Assembly (NCBI GenBank): GCA_009843735.1
Contig: VYCW01000102.1
Coordinates: 59,137-123,136 of the forward strand
From: Acidimicrobiaceae bacterium
GTDB taxonomy: Bacteria > Actinomycetota > Acidimicrobiia > Acidimicrobiales > Aldehydirespiratoraceae
DNA: 64,000 nucleotides
Direction: 5' to 3'
Part shown: positions 27,916 to 37,453 of the stretch, one piece after another
Numbering within the stretch: the first letter of the stretch is position 1
Layout: the number at the start of each line of letters is the position of its first letter
Notes under the pieces: generated by a model
What the model was told of the DNA's origin: nothing
What the model saw: only the letters and a program-made list of their open reading frames with translations
Databases searched by the model: none
Made by a program: the position numbers and the translations under genes

Positions 27916-29568
27916 TCAGCCCGTATCGCAGAACGGCCGGCTGTAGCGGTTGAGCATCAACTGGTCGAGGTGCTGGCGCACGGCCGGTCCTCCCATGTTG
28001 AGGTGCTCGGGGATCATCCCGGAATACGCGTCGATCAGGGCGCAGCGGTGGCGATTGCCCTCCTCGGTCCAGTCGATGGTGACGGACGCGTTCGAGATCT
28101 GGCTGGTGACCGACGACAGCGGGTCGTGCCGGTCGGCTTGGGACAGCCGCCAGTTGGCCAGCAGCGAGGCGGCGAGCAACACCGCCAGCAACCCAGCCGC
28201 GCCCGCTGCGACCGCTTGCCGCGGGCCTCTGCCGCGGACCGTTTCAACCGCGGACACGACGCCGGCGGCGATCAGCAGTGACCAGCCCACCTGAGTCAGC
28301 ACGGTCTCCCGCCAGGCGTCGACCGCCCTCAGATCCGTCTCGTGCACTTGATTGGACAGGCTGGCCAGGAGTGCTGCGAGTAGAGCGGCTGAGGCTCCGA
28401 GCACCGCCAGGGCCAGCGCCAGGTGTCGTGGCCGGACCGCCCCGGTGTGGGCGGGGGAGAGTGGCGCCTCGTCCAGACCGGGATGCGGCTCGACGCGGCT
28501 GCCCGTCGGTCTCGCCGACCGGGCCGCCACGACGGCCATGACCAGCACGGCGGCCAGCAACAGTCCCGTCAGCGCGTTTCTGGCGAGGTCCTCCATGCCG
28601 AGGTCGAGGCCGAAGTGCCGGGCGAGTTCTGCGTTGTGCGACCACCCGGCTAATGGTGTGCCCGCGGCCAGTCGCCGGGGAATGTGGCCGAGCGTCTCGA
28701 CGGAGAACTGCGGGTCGGTCCCGTTGTAGCAGGACTGCTCGGCGCAGCGCCGGATGATCTCGATCCGGGCCGGGACGAAGGCAACCAGGAAGCCGGCCGA
28801 GGCCGCCGTCCAGCGTTTGACGGCCGCGGTCGACCTGATCTCGGAAAGGGGCATTCCCATGGCCACGGCGCGGGCCACGATGAAGACCGCAGCCAGGATC
28901 GGGGCCAGGTAGACGAGGTCGTAGAAGAGGGCCGAGACGCCCCCCAATGCCGCCATGGTGGCCCACTCGTGCCGCCGGAGTCGCCGGCGCTGCATGTCCC
29001 GGTCGCGGGCCACCAGCAGGGCCACCGCCAGGATCAGCACGACCGCGCCGATGATGGTGTGCGGGAAGTGCACGAGGTTGACGTGGTTGTACCACCGGCG
29101 ATTCGCATCCGGACCGTGGCTGCCGCTCGCGACCAGCACCGTCCCCAGCGCCAGCGGGTAATACACGTTGACCGGATGCCGGAGCGAGACCCCCGCCGAG
29201 CGGGCCAGGGCCGCGACCACCGCCGAAGCCGTGAGGGCCAGCAGACCCACCATCACCAGCCGGACCGCGCCGAGGACGACGTGGGGAGCCAGGCCGGTCG
29301 CCTCGCCGGCCTCGAACACGAGACTGTGCCCGGCGGTCTCGAACAGCCGTCCCAACGGCCGGAAGTTGCCGCGGCCCAGGAAGAAGTCGAGGTCGTGATA
29401 GGTCCCTTCAATGATCTTGAAGGGATTGGAGCCGTACCGGCTGATGACCGCGTAGATCCTCGGTCTCTCGTCCCCCTGAAACGACATCCCTACGAGCGGG
29501 ACAGTGCAGACCAGCGCGGGCCCCGCGACGGTCAACCACCGCCGAGCGGCGGCGGTTCGGACGATCAA
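27916..29568 (-). CDS. Polytopic membrane protein of unknown function
   Basis: Track ORF 27916..29964, trimmed because it would overlap ftsH. The TTG at 29568..29566 overlaps the ftsH TGA (29567..29565). An alternative ATG lies at 29487. There are many TM segments, and GC3 is high from 29568 onward. Confidence 0.7.
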   Translation of the reverse strand: MIVRTAAARRWLTVAGPALVCTVPLVGMSFQGDERPRIYAVISRYGSNPFKIIEGTYHDLDFFLGRGNFRPLGRLFETAGHSLVFEAGEATGLAPHVVLGAVRLVMVGLLALTASAVVAALARSAGVSLRHPVNVYYPLALGTVLVASGSHGPDANRRWYNHVNLVHFPHTIIGAVVLILAVALLVARDRDMQRRRLRRHEWATMAALGGVSALFYDLVYLAPILAAVFIVARAVAMGMPLSEIRSTAAVKRWTAASAGFLVAFVPARIEIIRRCAEQSCYNGTDPQFSVETLGHIPRRLAAGTPLAGWSHNAELARHFGLDLGMEDLARNALTGLLLAAVLVMAVVAARSARPTGSRVEPHPGLDEAPLSPAHTGAVRPRHLALALAVLGASAALLAALLASLSNQVHETDLRAVDAWRETVLTQVGWSLLIAAGVVSAVETVRGRGPRQAVAAGAAGLLAVLLAASLLANWRLSQADRHDPLSSVTSQISNASVTIDWTEEGNRHRCALIDAYSGMIPEHLNMGGPAVRQHLDQLMLNRYSRPFCDTG

Positions 29569-31571
29569 GCTGCGGGCGTGGGCACGCCGGTAGGAGTCCC
29601 CGAGCCGTTGCCCGCGGTCGGTGGGGTATCGGGGTCCGGCGGGGAGTCGGCGACGGCCGAGCCCTCCGGCCCGTCCTGCGGCAGCGTGCCTCCCTGCGAC
29701 ACCGCGATCAGGCGTGCCACCTCTTCGCCGCTGATGGTCTCGTGCTCCAGCAGCTTTCGGGCCACCAGGTCGAGACCGTGGCGGTACTCGGTGAGGGTCG
29801 ACCGGCACCGGTCCTGCTGCTCGCGCAGGATGCGCTCGATCTCCTCGTCGATCACCCGGGCGGTGTCGTCGCTGTAGTCGCGGGTCTGCATCAGGTCCTC
29901 GCCCAGGAACACCTGGTTCTGGGAGCCCCACGCCATCGGGCCGAGCTTGTCGCTCATGCCCCACTCCCGCACCATCGACTTGGCCAGCGCGGTGGCCCGC
30001 ATCAGGTCATCGGCGGCGCCGGTGCTCACAATGCCGAACACCAGCTCCTCGGCGATGCGGCCGCCGAACATGACCACCAGCCGGTCGAGGATGTAGTCGC
30101 TGCGGTAGATGTGGCGGTCCTCCTCGGGCAGCTGCATGGTCACCCCGAGCGCCATCCCGCTGGGAATGATGGTGACCTTGTGCAGCGGGTCGGCGGTGGG
30201 CAGGACCGCGGCGCACACCGCGTGGCCGGCCTCGTGGTAGGCGATGGCCTCCTTCTCGTCGTCGGAGAGGGCCAGCGACTCCCGCTTCTGGCCCATCAGG
30301 ACCCGGTCGCGAGCCTGCTCCACATGGCGGGCTGCGATCTCCTCCTCGCCGTCGCGCACCGCGTAGAGGGCGGCCTCGTTGATGAGGTTGGACAGGTCGG
30401 CGCCGCTCATCCCCGGCGTGCCCCGGGCCACCACGTTGAGGTCCAGGTCTTCAGCGGTGCGCTTGCCCTTGACGTGCACCTCGAGGATGGCGTGCCGGTC
30501 CGAGAGCTCGGGCAGGGGCACCACAACCTGGCGGTCGAAGCGTCCCGGGCGCAGCAGGGCGGGGTCGAGGATGTCGGGCCGGTTGGTGGCCGCCATCATC
30601 ACGATGCCCTCGGAGCCCTCGAACCCGTCCATCTCCGAGAGCATCTGGTTCAGGGTCTGCTCCCGCTCGTCGTGGCCGCCGCCGAGGCCTGCGCCCCGCT
30701 TGCGTCCGATGGAGTCGATCTCGTCGATGAAGATGATGGCCTTGCCCATCTTGCGGGCCGATTCGAACAGGTCCCGCACCCGGCTGGCGCCCACCCCGAC
30801 GAACATCTCCATGAAGTCCGAGCCGGTCACCGACAGGAACGGCACGCCGGCCTCGCCCGCCACCGCCTTGGCGATGAGCGTCTTCCCGGTGCCCGGGGGA
30901 CCCACCAGCAGGACGCCCTTCGGGACCCTCGCGCCGATCTCCGCGAAGCGTTCCGGCATCTTCAGGAAGTCGACTATCTCGGTGATCTCCTGCTTGACCC
31001 CTTCGTAGCCGGCCACGTCGTCGAACGTGGTTCCGGGCCGTTCGGTCGTGTAGGTCTTGGCCCGGCTCCGCCCGATCGACATGATGCTCCCCATCTGCCC
31101 CTGGGCCCGGCGCTGCATCCACCAGAAGAACAGGATGAGCAGGCCGATCGGCAGCAGCAGCGGAATGATCGACAGGAAGAAGTTGGTCTCGGGCGTGTCG
31201 TAGCGGAACTCGGGCACGTGCTGGTTGATCAGGGCCGTGTCGGCGTCGGGGAGCGGCAGCGGCCCGTTGGACACGTACTCGGTGCCGTCGACGGCGGTCG
31301 CCTTGATGCTGCCGCTGTTGTTGTTGTAGGTGCCCTGGACTATCCCCCCGTCGGTGACCCGGTCGAGGAAGTCCGGGTAGGAGATCTCGGCTCCGGACTC
31401 GTCGGGGAGCATGGTGGTGGCCATGAACACTGCGATGACCGCGCCGATCATCAACCAGATGACAAGGCGGGAGCGCCGCTGGGTCTCCGGCCGGGGCCGG
31501 GGAGCCGGCGGTTGGCTCCGCTTGCGGTCCTGAGGTTCGGGCGGCGGCGGAGGCGGCGGGCTGTCGGCCAC
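29565..31571 (-). CDS. ftsH: ATP-dependent zinc metalloprotease FtsH
   Basis: GPPGTGKT Walker A motif, AAA+ core, HEAGHA zinc motif. GTG start at 31571. Pro-rich N-terminus and Pro/Gly-rich C-terminal tail. Confidence 0.95.
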   Translation of the reverse strand: MADSPPPPPPPEPQDRKRSQPPAPRPRPETQRRSRLVIWLMIGAVIAVFMATTMLPDESGAEISYPDFLDRVTDGGIVQGTYNNNSGSIKATAVDGTEYVSNGPLPLPDADTALINQHVPEFRYDTPETNFFLSIIPLLLPIGLLILFFWWMQRRAQGQMGSIMSIGRSRAKTYTTERPGTTFDDVAGYEGVKQEITEIVDFLKMPERFAEIGARVPKGVLLVGPPGTGKTLIAKAVAGEAGVPFLSVTGSDFMEMFVGVGASRVRDLFESARKMGKAIIFIDEIDSIGRKRGAGLGGGHDEREQTLNQMLSEMDGFEGSEGIVMMAATNRPDILDPALLRPGRFDRQVVVPLPELSDRHAILEVHVKGKRTAEDLDLNVVARGTPGMSGADLSNLINEAALYAVRDGEEEIAARHVEQARDRVLMGQKRESLALSDDEKEAIAYHEAGHAVCAAVLPTADPLHKVTIIPSGMALGVTMQLPEEDRHIYRSDYILDRLVVMFGGRIAEELVFGIVSTGAADDLMRATALAKSMVREWGMSDKLGPMAWGSQNQVFLGEDLMQTRDYSDDTARVIDEEIERILREQQDRCRSTLTEYRHGLDLVARKLLEHETISGEEVARLIAVSQGGTLPQDGPEGSAVADSPPDPDTPPTAGNGSGTPTGVPTPAA

Positions 31572-31594
31572 GATTCCAGACTAGTCCGGTACGG

Positions 31595-32317
31595 TTGCAA
31601 TCCATGCGGCCTGAGATGCCGGCCACGACTCGGCTCACTTGGGCGGCAGCCGGATGGGGCGCAGGCTTCGTCGCCTCTCTCGCGGCGTCCTTCGTGGTGG
31701 TGGCGGTGTTGCTGGGGCCGGAGTTCCTGGAGACCGAGGACAACCTGATGCGCCGCATCGGGATCGGCGGGCTCGTGATGCTGCAGGTTCCCTTGTGGCT
31801 GGGCCTGCTCGGCACACCCCTGCTGGCCCGGCGCTACGGCCTCCGCTGGAGGAGCCAGCTCGGGTGGGTGATGCGTCTCCGGGACGTGCCCGTCGGGCTG
31901 GCGGTAGGCGTGGTGACGCAGCTCGTCGCGGTGCCGTTGCTGTACTGGCCCATATTCCGGATCTTCGGCGATCTGGACGTGGAGAAGCCGGCACGCGAGC
32001 TAAGCGAGCTGGCCGTAGGGCCGTCGGATGTGGCCCTGCTCGTCGTGATGACGGTGGTCATGGCTCCCATCAGCGAGGAGGTCTTCTTCAGGGGCCTGCT
32101 CCAGGGAGCGCTGCAGGACCGGCTCGGGCCGGTCTGGGCGGTGGCCATCCCGTCGGTGGCCTTCGGAATCACCCACTTCCAGCTGGTTCAGTTTCCCGCC
32201 CTGGTGCTGGTGGGGGCGGTCCACGGGCTGCTCGTGCTGCGGACCGGCCGTCTCGGTCCGGCGTTGTGGTCCCACGCCGGATTCAACGCGATCACGGTGG
32301 CGGTGCTGCTGTGGTGA
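31595..32317 (+). CDS. CPBP (CAAX/Abi) family intramembrane glutamic endopeptidase
   Basis: SEEVFFRG, FGITHF and SHAGFNA motifs in a polytopic protein. Start is TTG 31595 or ATG 31604/31616. Confidence 0.8.
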   Translation: MQSMRPEMPATTRLTWAAAGWGAGFVASLAASFVVVAVLLGPEFLETEDNLMRRIGIGGLVMLQVPLWLGLLGTPLLARRYGLRWRSQLGWVMRLRDVPVGLAVGVVTQLVAVPLLYWPIFRIFGDLDVEKPARELSELAVGPSDVALLVVMTVVMAPISEEVFFRGLLQGALQDRLGPVWAVAIPSVAFGITHFQLVQFPALVLVGAVHGLLVLRTGRLGPALWSHAGFNAITVAVLLW

Positions 32318-35052
32318 GCCCGCTCGCCGGCGCCGGCGCGCCCAGGAGGCGAGTCGGCGCCGTGCTGGTTTGTGCGGTCGTCGCGGTGGCGGTCGCGTTC
32401 GTGGTGGTCAACCTCAGGCCCTGGCTGTGGTTCGACGACACCACCCCGACCGGTGGGGATCTCGGTGCTCACGTGTGGGCTCCGGCCTACCTGCGCGATG
32501 TGCTGATACCGGAGCTCCGGCTCACCGGCTGGACCCATGACTGGTATGCGGGCTTCCCCGCCTTCGCCTTCTACATGGTGATCCCGTCGCTGCTGGTGGT
32601 GATCGTCGACGCCGGCCTCGACCTGAGCGTGGGCGTGTTCGCCTACCTGGCGGTCGTGGGGGCCGTGGGCGGGCTCGCGATGCTGATCCTGGGTCGGACG
32701 GGATGGGCTGCTGCCCAGCGCTGGGCCCTGGCAGTGGGAATCGCTGCGATAGCCGGGGCCGGGAAGCTGTTCGTCGGCGACGTCGAGACGAACCGCGCCA
32801 TCGCTGCGCTGCTGCTGCCGGCCGCCTGCGGCGGGTGGGCGTGGCACCTGCTGAGGGCCCGGCCCCGCTGGCGAGCCCCTAGCGCGGTTGCCGCGGTCGT
32901 GCTGGCCGTTTTCGTGGTCCCGATGCCGTACGGCGTGGCCCTCAAGGTCGTGGCGATCGCCGGAGTGGTCGCTCTGCCCATAGCGGTGTGGGCCATGGCA
33001 AGAACCGCCGGAGTCGGACTCGAGGGCCAGGCCCTGGCCTCAGTGGCCACGCTGCTGTTCCTGTTCGACCGCTCGTTCAACATCTACGGCGGCAACCTGA
33101 TGTCCACCATGGCGGGCGAGTTCGCCTACTCGCTCGGTCTGGCCGTCGCGGTGCTCTTCATCGGCGTCGCGGCCCGGGGCATGGACTCGGACCGCCACAG
33201 TGTCCTGGCCGGTGCTCTGCTGGCACTCACCGGGCTGTTGCACCTGTTCTCCGCCTTCCTCGCGCTGGCCGCAACCGCCGCGCTGCTGTTGACCGGCCGG
33301 TGGCAGCGGGCCGCCTGGCTCCAGCGGCTGAAGTGGACCCTGGTGACCGGCGCGCTGGGCGCGGCGCTCGGCGCATGGTGGGTCCTGCCCTTCTGGTGGA
33401 ATCGGGGCCTGCTCAACGACATGGGCTGGGGCAAGGAGCGCCGCTACCTGTCGTCGCTGTGGTCGCGCAGTTCCTTCGACTACGGGTTCCTTGTCAACCA
33501 TCCCGTGCTCCAGTTCTTCATCGTTGTCGCGGTCGCCGGGTCGGCCGTGCTGTTCTTCAGGAGGTCCCGGCCGCGGGCGGAGCGCTGGTCGCGGCTTCAT
33601 GTGGCGCTGGCGGTGACGGGCGCCATATTCGCGGTGGCGTTCGTGGTGATGCCCGAGGGACGCCTGTGGAACGTCCGGATCCTGCCCTTCTACTACCTCA
33701 CGGTGTACCTGACGGCCGCCCTCGCCGTGGGCGAGTTGATCGGATGGGGCCGCTCACGGCTCGACCGCCGGCACGCAGCCCGCGTCGAGGCCGAGGCACC
33801 CGCCGAGGCTGGCCGGTTCGGGGCCCTCGCGGGCTCCCTCACGGCCGGCGCCTGCGTTGCGCTGGCCGCGGTCGCGGTGCTGGTCATGGTGGGGCTGCCG
33901 CTGCGGTCGTTGCCCGGAGGCAGGCTCGGCGACGACGGCGTGTACCGCTGGGGACCCCTCAGCTCAAGCGACTCCAATCTCGGCTCCTACTGGGTGCAGT
34001 ACAACTTCGAGGGCTACGAGGGCCGCCAGCCGACCGCGGACGGCGGGGGAAGCGCCGAGTACTGGGACCTTGTCGACACCATGGACCGTGTCGGCGAGAG
34101 CCGGGGGTGTGGCCCGTCGCTGTGGGAGTACGGCTCCGGCCGTCTCGGCTCCTACGGCACGCCGATGGCTCCCATGCTGCTGCCGTACTGGACCGACCGA
34201 TGCATCGGCTCCATGGAGGGCCTCTACTTCGAGGCGTCGGCCACGACGCCGTACCACTTCCTGATGCAGTCCGAGATGTCGGCTGCTCCATCCCGGGCCC
34301 AGCGCGACCTGCCCTACGGCGGACTCGATGTCGCCCGGGGGACCGAGCACCTGCGGGCCATGGGTGTGCGCTACTACATGGCCTTCTCGGAGGACGCGGT
34401 GCGCCAGGCCCGGGCCGTGCCAGGGCTGGCGGAGGTGGCGTCCTCAGGCCCGTGGGTCGTCTTCGAGGTGGCTCAGAGCGCGCCCGTGACCGGGCTGGCC
34501 AGGCTGCCGGTGGTCGTGGACGGCGTCGGCCGCTCCAGCGACTCCTGGCTGGAAGCGTCGGTGGGCGCGTTCCTGGCCGAAGGCCCCGATGCGCCGCTGC
34601 TGGCGGCCGAAGGACCCTCCGAATGGCCGAGGATGGCGCTGCCGGCCACGCACGAGGAGTCCGGCGCCGGGGGCGGGTCCGGCAACGATGTGCCCCGGGA
34701 GCAGGTGATGCGCCGGCTGGCCGAGCTGCTGCCGGAGGCCGCGCCCCGCTCCGATGTCGAGCCGGCGGTGGTGAGCGATGTGGTCCGCCGCGACCACTCC
34801 ATCTCGTTCTCCGTCGACCGGGTCGGGGCGCCGGTGCTGGTGCACACCTCCTACTTCCCCAACTGGTCGGCATCGGGTGCCGAGGGGCCGTACCGCGTCA
34901 CCCCGAACTTCATGGTGGTGGTGCCCACCGGCACCGAGGTGCGCCTCGACTACGGGCACAGCGCGGTGGAGTGGATCGCGCTCGTGATCACGCTCGGGGG
35001 CCTGGTCGCCGTAGGGTGGATGTTGGTGCGGAGGGAGTCTGGAGCACAGTGA
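32314..35052 (+). CDS. 912-aa polytopic membrane protein with large C-terminal extracytoplasmic domain, putative GT-C-like transferase
   Basis: The GTG at 32314 overlaps the CPBP TGA (32315-32317). TGGDLGAHVWAPAYL...GWTHDWYAGFPAF N-terminal signature, many TM segments, and a C-terminal region with MGVRYY ... SYFPNW ... plus a terminal TM. The function is inferred. Confidence 0.75.
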   Translation: MSPLAGAGAPRRRVGAVLVCAVVAVAVAFVVVNLRPWLWFDDTTPTGGDLGAHVWAPAYLRDVLIPELRLTGWTHDWYAGFPAFAFYMVIPSLLVVIVDAGLDLSVGVFAYLAVVGAVGGLAMLILGRTGWAAAQRWALAVGIAAIAGAGKLFVGDVETNRAIAALLLPAACGGWAWHLLRARPRWRAPSAVAAVVLAVFVVPMPYGVALKVVAIAGVVALPIAVWAMARTAGVGLEGQALASVATLLFLFDRSFNIYGGNLMSTMAGEFAYSLGLAVAVLFIGVAARGMDSDRHSVLAGALLALTGLLHLFSAFLALAATAALLLTGRWQRAAWLQRLKWTLVTGALGAALGAWWVLPFWWNRGLLNDMGWGKERRYLSSLWSRSSFDYGFLVNHPVLQFFIVVAVAGSAVLFFRRSRPRAERWSRLHVALAVTGAIFAVAFVVMPEGRLWNVRILPFYYLTVYLTAALAVGELIGWGRSRLDRRHAARVEAEAPAEAGRFGALAGSLTAGACVALAAVAVLVMVGLPLRSLPGGRLGDDGVYRWGPLSSSDSNLGSYWVQYNFEGYEGRQPTADGGGSAEYWDLVDTMDRVGESRGCGPSLWEYGSGRLGSYGTPMAPMLLPYWTDRCIGSMEGLYFEASATTPYHFLMQSEMSAAPSRAQRDLPYGGLDVARGTEHLRAMGVRYYMAFSEDAVRQARAVPGLAEVASSGPWVVFEVAQSAPVTGLARLPVVVDGVGRSSDSWLEASVGAFLAEGPDAPLLAAEGPSEWPRMALPATHEESGAGGGSGNDVPREQVMRRLAELLPEAAPRSDVEPAVVSDVVRRDHSISFSVDRVGAPVLVHTSYFPNWSASGAEGPYRVTPNFMVVVPTGTEVRLDYGHSAVEWIALVITLGGLVAVGWMLVRRESGAQ

Positions 35053-35774
35053 GACTGTCGGTGGTCGTTCCTGCCTACCGCGAGGCTGGCCGCATCGGCG
35101 AGACCGTGGCCACGCTGCGATCCGAGCTGGCTCCCGTGCACCATGAAGGCGGCGTCGAGATCGTGGTGGTCGACGACGGCTCCGACGACGGCACGGCCGC
35201 GGCCGGCCGGGCTGCGGGCGCCGACGTGGTCGTGGAGTTCCCGGTCAACCGGGGCAAGGGCGCCGCGGTGCGGGCCGGGATGCGGATCGCCTCCGGATCG
35301 GTGGTCGCCTTCACCGACGCCGACCTCTCCTACCCGCCCCACCAGATTCTCGGCCTGCTCGAGGAGGTGGAGCAGGGGGCTGACGCCGCGGTGGGCGATC
35401 GCCGCCATCCGGACTCGGTCGCGGTGACGGATGCGTCGTGGCTGCGGCGCACCGGCAGCCGGGCCGTGGCCGCCGTCTGCCGGTTCCTCGGGCTCGGCCG
35501 GGGCCGCGACACCCAGTGCGGCCTGAAGGCGTTTTCCCGGGAGGCGGCGAACGAGCTGCTCGATGCTTCGGTCATGAACCGGTTCGCCTTCGACATCGAG
35601 CTGCTCTTCTTGGCCGACCGGCTCGGAATGCGGGTGCGTGACGTGCCGGTGGAGGTGGTCAACAGCCGGGTGTCGTCGGTGCGGGTGGCCAGCGACGGCT
35701 GGGGACTGGTGCTCGACATGTGCCGCATCCGCACCAGGGCGCTGCTGGGCCGCTACCCGCACGGCGACACCTGA
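35049..35774 (+). CDS. Family 2 glycosyltransferase, polyprenol/dolichyl-phosphate hexosyltransferase-like
   Basis: The GTG at 35049 overlaps the upstream TGA (35050-35052). LSVVVPAYREAGRIG, VVDDGSDDGT, TDADLSYP and TQCGLKAF motifs. Confidence 0.85.
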   Translation: MRLSVVVPAYREAGRIGETVATLRSELAPVHHEGGVEIVVVDDGSDDGTAAAGRAAGADVVVEFPVNRGKGAAVRAGMRIASGSVVAFTDADLSYPPHQILGLLEEVEQGADAAVGDRRHPDSVAVTDASWLRRTGSRAVAAVCRFLGLGRGRDTQCGLKAFSREAANELLDASVMNRFAFDIELLFLADRLGMRVRDVPVEVVNSRVSSVRVASDGWGLVLDMCRIRTRALLGRYPHGDT

Positions 35775-35788
35775 GATCCGACCGCGCG

Positions 35789-37132
35789 GTGGGCGACTAC
35801 GAAGCGATCTTCAAGGCTTACGACATCAGGGGCATCGTGGGCGATCAGATCGACGCCGCGGCCTGCTTCGCCATCGGCGGCGCCTTCGCGGGCCACGTGC
35901 GGGTCAACGGAGCTTCCCGGGTGGTGGTCGGCCGCGACATGCGGCCCGACGGGGCGGAGCTGTCGGGGGCGTTCTGCGAGGGGGTCGTCGCCGCCGGAGT
36001 AGACGTGGTGGACATCGGGCTGTGCGCCACCGAGATGGTCTACTTCGCCTCCGGGACGCTGGTCGCGCCCGGCGCCATGTTCACCGCGTCGCACAATCCG
36101 GTGGGCTACAACGGCATCAAGCTCTGCGGCCCGGGGGCCTCGCCGATAGGGACCGCCACCGGGCTGGCCGACATAAGGGCCCGGGCCGAGTCGGGACCGG
36201 TGCCGGCGGCTGCACCGGGACGGGTCGCTCGCCGGGATCTCCTCGACCGCTACGTGGAGCATGTCCTGGGGTTCGTGGACGTTGCAGCTCTGCGGCCGCT
36301 GCGCCTGGTCGTCGACACTGCCAACGGCATGGGCGGCCTGGTGGTCCCGGCGGTGTTCGAGACACTGCCCTTCGACGTCGACTACCTGTATCCGGAACTC
36401 GACGGCACGTTCCCCAACCATCCCGCCGACCCGCTCAAGCCCGAGAACCTGCGAGATCTCCAGGACTGGGTGCGGGCCCGCTCTGCCGACGCGGGCTTGG
36501 CCTTCGACGGCGACGCCGACCGGGTGTTCCTGGTGGACGAGTCCTCCTGCCCGCTGCCGGGCTCACTAACCGCATCGCTCATCGCAGCCCGGTTCCTCGA
36601 GCGCGAGCCCGGCGCCGCGATAGTCGGCAACGTCATCTGCTCGAAGGCGTTCGCCGAGGTCGTGTCCGAGGGGGGAGGCCGCCTGGTGAGAACCCGGGTG
36701 GGCCACTCGTTCGTGAAGCAGGCCATGGCGTCCAGCGGAGCCGTCTTCGGAGGCGAGCACTCCGGTCACTACTACTTCCGGGACAACTACGGCGCCGACG
36801 GCGCCATGATCGCCGCGCTGGTGGCGCTGGAGACTTTCAGCGGCCATGAGGGCCCGCTCAGCGACCTGGTCGCGCCCATGCGGCGCTACACCGCCTCGGG
36901 GGAGATCAACACCGAGGTGCCGGATCCTTCCGAGGTCATCGAGCGGGTGGCGGCCGCGTTCGAGGCCTGCGAGCAGGACCGGCTCGACGGCCTCACCGTC
37001 GACTGCGGGGACTGGTGGTTCAATGTCAGACCCTCGAACACGGAGCCCCTGCTGCGATTGAACCTGGAGGCGGCGGACGCTGCGGCGGCGCGAGCCCGTG
37101 TCGCTGAGGTGCGAGCCCTGTTAACTCCGTAG
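35789..37132 (+). CDS. manB: Phosphomannomutase/phosphoglucomutase
   Basis: GTG at 35789. FKAYDIRG, TASHNP (phosphoserine loop), DGDADR and GGEHSGH motifs. Confidence 0.9.
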   Translation: MGDYEAIFKAYDIRGIVGDQIDAAACFAIGGAFAGHVRVNGASRVVVGRDMRPDGAELSGAFCEGVVAAGVDVVDIGLCATEMVYFASGTLVAPGAMFTASHNPVGYNGIKLCGPGASPIGTATGLADIRARAESGPVPAAAPGRVARRDLLDRYVEHVLGFVDVAALRPLRLVVDTANGMGGLVVPAVFETLPFDVDYLYPELDGTFPNHPADPLKPENLRDLQDWVRARSADAGLAFDGDADRVFLVDESSCPLPGSLTASLIAARFLEREPGAAIVGNVICSKAFAEVVSEGGGRLVRTRVGHSFVKQAMASSGAVFGGEHSGHYYFRDNYGADGAMIAALVALETFSGHEGPLSDLVAPMRRYTASGEINTEVPDPSEVIERVAAAFEACEQDRLDGLTVDCGDWWFNVRPSNTEPLLRLNLEAADAAAARARVAEVRALLTP

Positions 37133-37178
37133 CATCTCAGGCACTGACTGCCCGCGGTCTGGGGAGGTAAGCGCCGCC

Positions 37179-37439
37179 ATGACACTCGATGCCCGCCTGC
37201 TGGAGATCCTCGCCTGCCCCGCCGACAAGGGGCCGCTGCTCTACTTCGCGGACGAGCAGGCGCTGTACAACCCCCGGCTGCGGCTTCGCTACCGGGTGGA
37301 GGACGGGATCCCGGTGATGCTGACCGAGGAGGCCACCGAGGCCGACGGCGCCGAGCATGAGCGCCTCGTGGCCAAAGCGGAGGCCGACGGGGTCAGTCCT
37401 ACCTTCGACCCCGGCTCGGCCGGCGACGCCGAGCGCTGA
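37179..37439 (+). CDS. Trm112-like small zinc-ribbon-type protein
   Basis: LLEILACPADKGPL ... EDGIPVML pattern, 86 aa. Confidence 0.8.
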   Translation: MTLDARLLEILACPADKGPLLYFADEQALYNPRLRLRYRVEDGIPVMLTEEATEADGAEHERLVAKAEADGVSPTFDPGSAGDAER

Positions 37440-37453
37440 GGTCAGGGGCTGCC

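Noticed and set aside
31531-31560. A GGC/GCG trinucleotide run (gggcggcggcggaggcggcggg) that looks like a microsatellite.
   Set aside because: It encodes the poly-Pro tract (PPPPPPPEP) in the FtsH N-terminus on the minus strand and is interrupted by AGG. It is too short and imperfect to call a slippage-prone repeat.
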